Source: Blasia pusilla (taxonomy: Eukaryota). From it: a DNA stretch of 64,000 nt. This document shows, piece by piece, positions 40,743-52,162 of this stretch. Numbering within the stretch: position 1 is the stretch's first letter; each line of letters begins with the position of its first letter. Made by a program: the position numbers and the translations under genes. The DNA lies in NCBI GenBank assembly GCA_050084515.1, contig CM114271.1:5890001-5954000 (forward strand). Reading direction: 5' to 3'. Under the pieces are notes generated by a model. It did no database searches and was not told the origin of the DNA. It worked only from the letters and a program-made list of their open reading frames with translations.

Positions 40743-41815
40743 CTAGTAAGGTGCTTGTGCGATGCATGGATACGGATATAAAGATGTCAATAGGAAGAAT
40801 TTTATTTATTAGAGAATTTCTTTATATACCACGTTATGCGTGAAGTGACATTTTTTATTTGAAAGCGCATCACTTCCTATTGTGATATTTATTGAATTTT
40901 TTTGTCCTACTCTTGACAACGCTACATACAATTGACCATGAGAAAAGACAAATGTTGATAAGTGAATTCCTATTTTTTTCAAGGTTTGCGCTTGAGACTT
41001 ATTGATAGTCATGGCAAAAGCGAGACGAATAAGAAATTGAAATCTACGTAAATCAAAAGGTAAACCTGAGTCTGATGCAATCAATGGGATACGTGGAATA
41101 AAGACTCGATCACCACTATTCTTTTTTGGGATGATTTTCGCATAAATGACATGTTGCATGAATCCACGAATCACCAATCGAGTTCCATTGACTTGTCCCT
41201 TTGAATCGTTCAAATTTCATAAAAGCATAATAGGTGCGCCAATTTTCAAATTTAAACATGGTCTATTTTTCGAGAGGTTTCTAGAGTGTGGTATGTGTGG
41301 AGATGAAAGACTTGTGCATCTTGATAAAGTTGATGCATATGGCGTGGACCCCAACTAAAAGAAGAAGGCAATACAATGCGTCTCCCAAATCTTGTACCAT
41401 CCTCGTCACTTTGATACATGACATCCTTTAGACCTTGATATAATTCAGCTCGCAACTCCATGATTACAACACATTCCAGGTGAGTTCCGATACCTTGAAT
41501 TCTTCACCTATTTCACTTCCATATAGGGCATAGCACGAAGGGCACATTTCTGTGAAAGAACCGATAGTATGACGCCCAGTTACTGGGTGGATACCTCCTT
41601 GTAATCTTAACTTCATTATATCGCTCTCTTGGAAGTTCCAACTTCGTGCAATAGGTGTCTGTGCGATGCAAGGGAAATAAATTTTTTTGGAAGAGTTCAT
41701 ATATAGCCCGTGAAGGGAACAGATTAATGATGTTGCACATAAATTCAAAATTTTTTCTTACTGCCTGTAGCATGTGAAACATTGTCTTGATGTCTAGTTG
41801 CCACTTGTCAAGCAT
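40743..41815 (-). mobile_element. Internally deleted Helitron (Rep and PIF1 helicase remnants)
   Basis: Rep-region LRAELYQGLKD..RRIVLPSSFSWGPRHMHQLYQDA (41461-41300) is joined directly to the helicase C-terminus NGTRL..FAMTINKSQAQTL..HGQLYVALSRV..NVVYKEIL (41213-40809). An imperfect hairpin and CTAG follow at 40770-40743. The 5' boundary is undefined. Confidence 0.9.
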
Positions 41816-43211
41816 AGAGGTGTTTGCTAATCAAGAAGGCACTCTCCCATAATAACATAGATTGGATTGTGCCTTTTGATTTGCAAATATTTTTTTCTTG
41901 ACGTATGGTAATTGAGGAGTACATTTTTTTTTTCTAAAGGCAGCAAGAAAATATCTTCCTTTATATGGGCAATAAAAAAGAAATTGTCTACAATATGATT
42001 AGTCTTTTCACTCCCATGTATGGCATAGGATGCTCGTTAGTGTTCTAATTTTGGAGAGTGTCTTTCACTTTGCAAACATCTTTTTTTTTTCCATTTGGCA
42101 ATTCCAATCAAGAAGAACCAATAGGACTTATTTAGAATTGGTTTAAATTGGCGTTTGAGAATTTTGAAAGTTAACTATTAAACCTGGGCATGCCATGAGC
42201 TTATACTAATGAATATTTAAAATACTTCAAGAATAAAGATTTAGGGAAGAGGAATCAATATTCTAAGCACTTCTAAAGTCCCATTCACTACCAATCCTCA
42301 AAAATTTTAAATTTTAGGCATATAAGTTTGGTTTTAATAATATAAATAGTGGTTTGGAGGGATACCCACAGATGGTTAAAAAAGACCTTATCCGTTTGTT
42401 GCCATGAAAGCAAGTCACTTATATAAGTGACATGTGCGAATATATTGGTGAGAAAATCAAGAAATACCTAGGATAAGATATAGGCAATATACAAAAAAAA
42501 TTCTCCCTTTTTTCCCTTGTTTTAGTTTCAAGAACAAGATCCCTTTGTGATTCAAACTTTTTATCTATCTTATCATGATGGTATGAACCTTACTCTACCT
42601 TATCATGATGCTTTTTGAGTCATATTGATGCAAAGTGAATCTCAAACATTAAGCAACATCAAAAGTTCATTTTCATTAGAGGATGCAATTGGGACATAAT
42701 GAATTTCTCGACTTTTGGATTATGGCAAGGCAATTAGTTTTTCCCATAGCATACATGAAAGTGTTTTTTTATGTAACAAAAATAAAGTAGTCAACAGTGA
42801 AAGTAGAATATCAAGTGTTTGAACATAAGCTAAAAATGTTCGATGTCTTCAATTTTCAAATGGCCATATATGTGAAAAGTAGTGGAATTTAAAGAACGTG
42901 TTCTAACAATACGATGTCATTCCGCATGCTACATTGTTGAAAATCATCACTAGTGGACTAATATGAGTGGTGTTTTGTTATACATTACACACCCCTTAAC
43001 TTATTGTTCTCTCGACAAACAAAATTCGTGTAGATCGGTAGAAATAACTACTCTCAGAAGTTACACAATCATTCTTAGGTTATGATGCAATGTTGGTAAT
43101 CAAACATGGAGGCCCTCTAGTGGATATTTCTCTTTTACTAGATGGATGGCATAGATCAAATAACAACATGGAAACTCTTCATCGATGAACTTACTATCGC
43201 ATATGATACAG

Positions 43212-43545
43212 CTATTTCTTACGTAGAGCTTGTATATACTCAAGTTGCAAACCTTGATAGGCAATTGATTCGATCTTACTCCTCATCTTTTTTTAGACTT
43301 GCAAGCTAAGAGTTCTCTCAAGCCACCTTCCCACATTTGTGACTAGGCGTGTTTTGTGAAATAGGATTGTTTCTGGTTTGACTATTTCTTACCAAGAGCT
43401 TGTATAGACTCAAGTTATAAACCTTGATTTGAAAATTATCCTTTCTTATTCCTACATTCTTTTCTTTATACTTGTAAAGCGAGAGTTCTTTCAAGTAACA
43501 TCCATCACATTTATGACTTGTCATACTTAATGAAATAGGATTTGT
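43212..43545. repeat. Diverged ~170-bp tandem duplication
   Basis: The sequence ctatttcttac..agagcttgtata.actcaagtt..aaaccttgat..gagttct.tcaag..cacattt.tgact..tgaaataggatt starts at ~43213 and again at ~43382. Confidence 0.85.
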
Positions 43546-45004
43546 TAGGCTAAAATGAATTTAGCATATGAATAAAAGGTAGAAGGATATCCCCCAAGCT
43601 AGAGCAAGGGTCATAACTATCAAAAAGTTAGAAGAGGGAGATGACTAAAACTAGAATAAGGGTTGTAACTACGAAAAATGTATGATACAAAAAGGGAGAG
43701 GGTTCTTAACACCATGGTATACAAAGTGTGCATATATGAACAAAGTGAGATAAGGAAGTTTCAAAAAAATAAATCAAGGGCTTTTGTGGGGAAGGAACAC
43801 CAAATATAGTGAAGATAAGGAATGAGAAGGATTTTTAAGGATATGTCTCAAGATGTGCAAAAGACACACGGGATGTGGTGGCTATGTAGGATTTGGAGGG
43901 ATGTAACATAGAGAGCCATTGGATGTGCTCTGTGTGTTGCTGAAAGAGATATTAGAATCGATAACCAAGAAGGATCTAAAAGGGTCTCTTGAAGAGACCC
44001 TTTTAGACCTCTTGAAGAGAGTCACCGGATGTGCTCTATAAGAAAGAGACACCAAAATTGGCGGTCAAGAAGGATTCGGACTTATCACAGAGAGAAAGTC
44101 ACTAATTGTACGTGGGTAATGGAAACTCCGGTAGAGGTGAAATGTATAAAGTTTCAAAGAGTTGCGTAGTGAAGTCCATAGATTAAAGCTTGTGTAGAAG
44201 GGACACTAAAGCTTGAGGCTACAAAGGACCAGAAGAGATTTTATACCAATGGCCATTGGGTATGTTCTTATGATAATGAGATATTGGGCCTGTTGGAAGG
44301 GAAGATCCAGAGAAGACGAGACAAGAAGGTAGATATACATGCTCTCATATAAGAAAATTGTTTCTTGTAGATCTTAAGAAAATCATAGTAGCTCTTGGCA
44401 TTATCTTATATTGTGAAATAAGTTTCATGACCAAAGTGTGAGAGAAACTTGTTGGCTCTTTATTTTTTAATAAAATAGTTACATAAGTTAGATCCCATAC
44501 CACAAACTCACCCATTGAGAATTGTATATAAGTTTTGGGAGACTTGTCCAAAATTCTTTCAAATCAAAGAAAGTCCCAAATATACGGTTCCTCGTTGGTT
44601 TTCTTTTCTATTCTTTTCTTCTTATGCTTGTATTCCTCAAGAATAGTTTCTCCTTTCAAGTCTCATAATTTTCTCGTGGATTAACTATAGTTAATGATCT
44701 TTTCATTTTCTCATTGAATTTTTTTATCATCAATTTGCACTCGTCCCCAGTAGTGTTTCAATCTGAAATAGCTAGTCCTCGATGCATGCATTAACAACGA
44801 TGTTGAAGGAACATCATGATTTTGGATTGAAGAAGGATCTACCTTAATGAAATCACCAAGAAGAAATCTAGACTAGCTAGTTCTTAGACTAGGGAGATAG
44901 AAGGAGTCTTGATGGAACAAGGAATGAGACACTTAAGACAATATGCTCGTCAAGATCAAGATTAACGGGTTGATCTTTGGATTCCAAAGTTTATTCTATT
45001 TTCT

Positions 45005-45012
<8 letters not shown>

Positions 45013-45056
<44 letters not shown>
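45013..45056. repeat. (TA)n microsatellite
   Basis: Read directly. Confidence 0.95.
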
Positions 45057-45058
<2 letters not shown>

Positions 45059-45538
45059 TATTATTTTGGAGTGGATTTTGATTGTCAAAGGTCCTATATT
45101 ATGAAAAGAAGAGATTCTTAAGCTTGTTTAAATTGGCACAAATCAAGATTGTTAGAAATACAATTTGTAAAATATTGAATTTGTGCATAGCATGGATAAT
45201 ACACACTAGTACTGTTAATTGTATTTTTTTCCATATTTCCATATATATCTTTGTAATTAAAAAAAATCATCTATTTATATTTTTATCACACGTAGAAATT
45301 AAGGAAATTGTATATGAATGCCATAAGTCCTTATTTTTAAAATCCAAAATTAATAATTGAAACATCCAAAAGTGATGTTTGTACAACTTACATTTTTTTA
45401 ATCTCCTTTTGAGAATTTATTTTAATATTTTATATTTACATTTGAATTAAATTTATATTTTAAAATTATTTTCAATTCAAATGTTCTACCTTATCTTCCT
45501 GATTCATTAAAATTACATTTGAAAAAATATATCTTATC

Positions 45539-45544
<6 letters not shown>

Positions 45545-45596
<52 letters not shown>
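45545..45596. repeat. (TA)n microsatellite
   Basis: Read directly. Confidence 0.95.
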
Positions 45597-45597
<1 letters not shown>

Positions 45598-46501
45598 CAA
45601 ATGGAGCTAGAATACCAGGTGGGCCATGCACCATTATTAAGTGCATGAATTAACAGAGCTTCACCCGCGATATTCTGCACTGTTACCGTGATTGAAGCTC
45701 TTATCCGAAATGGGAAGAGTAAGAAGAGGCCACTTTTTTAGATTTAATAATTTATTTTATTAAAAACAGACAGATGGATGGAGTGTAGTGTATTGTGGTG
45801 TGTGTGTGTCGCGAATATGGCTGATTTTTGGAATTTCGAAAAATTCCTTGCGTTCCACTGTCGACAACGGGAAGTCTTGAGCGCGCGCTGGCAGAGAAGT
45901 GGGTGGTATTTACGAGGTGACTTCCACACCTGAAAAGAAGCGAAAAAGGTATAGTTCCATTGTATGACGCAGTGCGAAAGGTGGTATCAGCGCCCACTTG
46001 ATATCAGCGCAGTTTCAACGCTTCAACGCCCGTTTGGGAGTCATGGACGGGTGGAGAGTGCTGGTTGGCTGCGGGTGTACCCATGACTGATCGCCGGAGA
46101 GTGCGCCAACTTGTTGGGCGATCCTTCGTTCGTGGGATGCATGGCTATATTTCGGGAGTTTGCGAGCATTAAATGCTCGGGATGAAGCGCGCTTAGGTGG
46201 AAAATGGAATGCAAGTAAGCAGCCATCCAACTGGAAATGGAAGTGTTTAACGAGTGAAAATGACATCCACAGCCTCTTGGATGTATGGAGTTTCTTGGCG
46301 TGGTGACTTGGGTTTGGAGTGGGGATGGACAAAAGTAGGCTGGCCATGTTTTGCTACGTTCTACAAAGTGGAATACCGTTTAGGGTTTTGATTCTTTCCT
46401 CATGCATCTTATGGGGCTTGAGATACGAGTCTTCTTTAACTATTGCGTCGGGTCTCCATCACTTTGCAATGTGACTAAGCCGATGTGTTAATGATGCAGG
46501 C

Positions 46502-46764
46502 GATAGGCGATGCCATTGCTAGAGATTGTCATAGTGGTAGTCACATTCCTTATGATGTGTTTGCTCTTATATCGCAAACAGGCTTATGAGGTGATAGAAG
46601 ATGCAATTGCTACATACCATCTTAGAACTAGTCACGTTCCTTATGAGTTATTTATAGTTATTGCACTCTCCATCCCTTGGCAATGTGCCCAACAGCCAAT
46701 ATGCTTATGAGGTTGGGGATGCCACTTCTAGAGACCGTCTTAGTGGTAATCATGTTCCTTTAGA
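46502..46764. repeat. Three ungapped, diverged 54-bp units separated by spacers
   Basis: Units at 46502-46555, 46593-46646 and 46711-46764 share gatgc.a.t.cta.a....tc.tag...ta.tca..ttcctt..ga. Confidence 0.8.
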
Positions 46765-48950
46765 AGCAAGGAACATGATTCCTTCGCACCTAAAGGAATT
46801 ATTTGTGAATTTAGCTAGTAAGGGTTCTTCCTCAAGTCTTATGGAGTAAGACACTTTTGGAGTAGCCCTAGTACCTTCGACCATTCCGCATTGCTTTCCA
46901 CGCGGTGTGACATTCCATCCGGACCGACTCAAAACTGACACCATTACCATCCATAGCCAAGGAGACACACGAACTTGTGACGCATGCTGAACCGACACGC
47001 ACTAGTATGTGTCCAACCAAAAGCAAGTGCTCCGACGATTTATATACGCGTCATTGCAACAATAAATGGCGCACTCTAATGAGATGATGTGTCATGTCAT
47101 TCCCACTCCAGTTCCATGTACTTCCGATGGGTTCCTTTTATTCATGTTCACTACTTTCCTGACGAAGAAAAAGCTTTCGTTTGGGGGTGAAGAGGACAGC
47201 AAAGTTGTCCGAACACGTCGGGACCGCAGCCGGCAAGAAATGAGAAGGTGCGGTGATATTGATGGATGGATTCCTCCTGGTACCTCCCAAAGTCGCTGTC
47301 CCCTATTTGCAGGAAGTCGAGTCAAGACGCACAATGGAGCTCGTCCATCGATTAGGAGGGCCTCTAGAGATCGCTCGGCAGAGTGGCGAAACAGAAGTGT
47401 CGGGTGCCGCGTCAGCTTCCTGTCTGTCTGTCTGTCTGTCTGTCAGATGTACCACACCCAAAAAGACAACCTCCTCGTCTTTTTATTCTTATCTTCGCCA
47501 CGTGAGTCAGAAGCGGGAGGACAGCGGCGACGCGTCTGGAATTCCAAAGCGGATAAACTTCGGAAGAGGAGGCTCGCAAACGAGTAGAGTATGAACAAGT
47601 GCGAGGAACTGAGTGTGAAGAAGCTCACTTCGATTCAAGAGAAGGAAAGAATGCCCACGGTTTGAAGAGCGTTTAGAGATTCCTCAAGTAGAATTAAACC
47701 TCGGAGAACAGATTCAACGAGATGGGAGCCGAAAATCCCTTTATAATGTACACGCTGTACAACAACTATCCACCTGCAAACCTTCTTCGCGAGGAATTCA
47801 AATGTCAAATGGTGTTACTACCACTCGTTTCGTAAGGCAGTAGATTTCGTATGTACAACGAGGCTAACCTCGTTCGTCTCCTGCTGCACAGAAACCTTCA
47901 TCAAATGCAATCTCACTCCTGGTACCCCCAAAAATTGGAAGGGTAATTCGACTACTCTCTCTATGAACACTGTCCAGCCAGAGCACGGGGTCTTTGCTCG
48001 CAAGGCTACTCCGGGCACTACTTCATAATGCCTCTCTCTCTCGCTCTCTCTCTCTCTCTCCTCTTGTCGTGACCTATATGGATTCGATCGGCAGATGGGT
48101 TGATCTCAAGGATTCACTCCTCCCTACCCACAGTGATGTTCCAAGCGTAAGGGCTGAGGACTCATTCGACAGTAACGTCGATATGCCACCAATTGTAGCT
48201 CGTCAATTAGAATTCAAGCCTCCGTTATACCGAGCGCGTAGCTTCAGTAACTCTCAAGCCCAGTGGATCTCTGCAGCAGGGCCAAGCGGATAGGAGCGTG
48301 TGTGCGTCTGGAGATATCCAGCAACGGCACGGCCTTCGGATCCTTCCAACAGCCTACCGACCGACCGACCGACGGACGAACGAACCACCGTGACAATTCA
48401 CAGCTCAGAGACTTCCAATTCCTGCTGTTACCGAAAGAAAAGTAAAAGACGATCGGTGGGTCGTCGTCACACTCATACGAATATCCGAAAATCGGTCGGG
48501 ATCATGTCCGTTCCTGCGACCCTCCTCGATTGTGAGGCGAGATAGCGAGAGAAGCCCCACCAAAACCGTGTACGTCGGCTGACACAGAGCCTCTTCAGCT
48601 CGATCATGATCGCACTCCTTTATCCCATCGAGCCTCGTCTCCTCGAGATTCATCGTGCTCCTCCACGATTTCTGCAACAATACTCTGGGAATTAATTAAG
48701 GCCCACAGACTGCCGGGACTCCAAAAGCTTCGACCCTTGCATCAACAGGTACTCGGTGGACATCCTGAACCGTGCGACGCTCGCCAGGGTCTTCACAACT
48801 CAAGGCCAACCGAACAGCTTACAGCTCCAACTCCCAGACTCACCAACCGCTCCTCACACATGTCCAAAGCCCCAAAGAATCATCGAACAAAGCTTTGCTC
48901 GCAGTCGGCACAAAAGTCTCTGCTGACACAAAAGACTGCTACCCCGTCTC

Positions 48951-51900
48951 TCAGTAGTCCCAACCGTCCGCTCGAGTACGAAACTCGACCTTCTTGAGAG
49001 GCACTTTGCCGTAGAGCTGGCTGAACCTCGACAGGCAGTTGCTTCGCTTATCGTAGTGCACCTTCGTGTCTCGACTGATTGCGGAGCTCGAGAATTTGGA
49101 AGTATCGACAGCCCACGAGGGATGCACGTACTGTACGACTCGCTGGGACCGAGTGCGATTGGCAAGAATGAAGTTCATGAGAATATCCTCGCAATTGAAA
49201 AGTTCGTCGACGATGGCTCGGCCCTCGCTGTTCTCGTCGGACCAATACAGGGGGAACGCGAAATCTCTATCCACGAAAGCTGCGCCTGTCAATATCATGT
49301 TGTAGCCCTCTCGACTCCGAGCGAATCTCTCGTTACGGTACATCAAGGGCTTCCCCTCGACCAGGCGAGGGTAGAACCCCACGAGTCTGTCGGGGGCTTC
49401 GCGCCATGCCATGAAGCCTCGTTCGACATCGTCACAAGTCATCATGATGTCGTCGTCGAGCTCGAGAACCGCGCGCGTTTTGATCTGTGGGTCCAGCTTG
49501 AACCGATTGTTGAGCGAATTTCGGGGCTCCACTCTGACGCGGACGGGAACCGCGGAGTCGAATTCTGTCAGCACGTCAGGTGCTTTACCCTTGTTCCAAA
49601 CCACCACGATCTCCCGCACAGAAGCGCAACGAGAGTAATGTTTCACGAACATCTTGAGGTTCCATAGCCGCGCGTCGTAAGTCATGGTAAGAAGCGTGAA
49701 CTGTGAGAATTGGCCGTGCACTGCATATGGCTCGTCGACGCCGTTGCCACCGAAAAGGAAGCGCACAGCGACGCAAAGCACGATCGCTCCGACCACGAAA
49801 GTGAAGATCATGAGGGAGACACCCACGCAGCTCCTGGCGTGAACCTTACCTCCTCCTCTCATGGAGGAACTGGAGCTCCTGCTCAACCGCGATAAGGCCT
49901 TGTACATGGGCGACACCGCGTGCGGGCGAACCTTGAGGGCAGAAGAGTCGCTTCTTCTAATGAGATTCACTAGGATGCTGGAGGGGTCCGCGCAGCGCAC
50001 GAGGCCCAAGATTATGCCCACGAGGGAGATCAGAGTGATGAGAATTATTATGAAGATGGATCCCAAAGCAATCCGCGCAGAAAAATCTCCCGATGGAACT
50101 CTATCTCCGTCCATGACTGCAATCCAATCACCTGTGGGGAGCCTGTGCACGTCCAAGTGATGCTGTCGCACACCATTCCATGCGTACCGACCTTTCTTCC
50201 ATGACGGGTCCTCGATCCCGAAAGGAACTTCCACCTCGTGGAATTTCTCTGTCGTCAGAACTTCCACTTGGAATGCACGCACCTTCTTCCCGTATGTGGC
50301 ACCGCAGTCCTGGCCCATTCGATACAATTTTCCTTCCCACAAAAAGGGCCGCCCTGCACTCCTTGCACCGAAGCTTTTGTCGACATTATGAACAGGATTT
50401 CGCTTGTGCGACTTCCAAGGACCAAGAGGCGATAATGCATGCCATATTTCCAGTTCTCCATTTTTGTTAGCACCGAAGCGGGTGGAATCTGATGCGAAAA
50501 TCCAGAACAGCCCCTGATATTCTACCATAGAAGCGTCTACGAGAGGTCTCTTTATCACAACCTTCTCCAGAGTCCACCTAAGCGGAAACTCCAGAGCGCG
50601 GTAGAGCCTAAGATCACCTTTCTTGCTGCCTTCGGGCATCATATAGATCTGCAGAAACCCACCATCCCCACAGCATTTTACATTCAACGCGGGAACATCG
50701 AGAACTGCAAAGCTTCAGTGACTCCGCACGGACCGATCACCTGCTCGTTGCATTCCTTACCTTATTATGACACGCTGTAGCCCATCTCTTGGGCTCCAAT
50801 TACGAGAGAGGGCAATGATGGTGGCAGACAGCCGCATCGAACTGCAAACGTCCCCAGGAACGCCCACAAGGACGACCACTCGGACAATTCAGGCGAGCTA
50901 GACATTCCACGGGATGCCCTGGCGAGACCAGGAATAAGTCCCTACTAAACCATTCACGCACTGAAGAGGTGACAGCTAATTGCATGTTTCCTTGACAAAC
51001 ACTACGATTCTTGCCACTTCCTCTAAATCCCAGCCCTTCGAAGATGCAGAAGACCTCCGCTTCAAGAGTCCTGTAGTTCAAGACTCCTCCATATCTGTTC
51101 GGGGACAGATATGGAGGAGTCTCGATCACATGCCAGGGTGAGGGGGATAAAGCTTACCTCGCTACCGTGCTCGAAAACGAATGGGTACGACAGATGCCAC
51201 TCTTCGTCTAAGGCGATTCCAACGTACTGCCATGTGGCTCCCTGGTCTGTGCTTCTTGCGACCCCGATATCTCCCTGGAGGGTGAGGGAATTTTTTGTTT
51301 CAAAAAATACGTAGAGACTGGATCCCTGCAGAGACGAAACCAAGAGACCGTCAATTCCACTCCTCCTCGCCTGTGTGAGCAGAACCTCGAAACAAGATCA
51401 CGAAGCTTGCGATTCCCATGGCTTACCTGCACGAAGAGAAATGGGTCTGCGACGAAATTGCTAGGGCTGTTCGGATCCTTGATGGACGCACAACTTAGCA
51501 CCGGATTCGCCACAGGCCACGCTGCCGCTCGATCACTGCGCCCGTCTTCCTGCCAAATTCAAGCCACTCACGTACATGTAATCGGAAAACAAACCCATCC
51601 ATCACTCGAACGCCGACAGATTTCCACGCAGCTACAGGCAGTTGAGAAGTTCATTACTAGGAACACGGACTATCGAAACTTTTCGAGAAGGAGCGCTGAT
51701 TTCTGCAGAACAAAACCTAGGCTGGCAACGGTCTCATACAAAAGTAAGCAAAGCAAATCCATACGAGGCAGAGGAAGCGACAGACGATGTAAAATTTGTC
51801 ATTATTCATACCATTTCTATAGGCCGCAAGGAGAAGGGAGTCGACCCACGATAGAAACCAATTGCCCACGAGCCTTCATTGTCCGGCTGACATCCAGCTC

Positions 51901-52162
51901 CAAAGATTGGTTTCTCGTGTTCGAATGGAGCGAACGTAAGCCAGGCGAAGAGTTTGCCCATACCTCCGAACAGAAGAAACGAACACAAAAAAAAGGCGAA
52001 AGTCGAAGAAAGGAAACAAGTCCGATGGTGCAATTTGTCGTGACATCTGAAGCAGGAACCTGCACTTCCCAACCGCCAGCGACAGCGGCACTTCATGCTC
52101 ACATCGCACCAATCGGGAGGAGATGCCGCCTGACTTCTACCCTTGGAATCTTTTTCCCCCAT
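48951..52162 (-). CDS. GINT1: Glycosyltransferase family 64 protein with N-terminal beta-propeller-like domain (glucosamine inositolphosphorylceramide transferase 1-like); 4 exons, about 779 aa
   Basis: Exons 52162-51812, 51549-51427, 51325-51158 and 50648-48951 are all phase 0. Motifs: CQPDNEGSWAIG, WPVANPVLSC, FVADPFL, WHLSYPFVF, IYMMPEGS; two TM segments; GT64 motifs EIVVVWN, NSLNNRF, AVLELDDD, VGFYPR, YNMILTGAAF, FNCEDILMNF. Confidence 0.95.

Noticed and set aside
46502..46764. CRISPR-like repeat-spacer array
   Set aside because: The context is eukaryotic, the repeats are too long and diverged, the spacers are unequal, and no cas genes are present.
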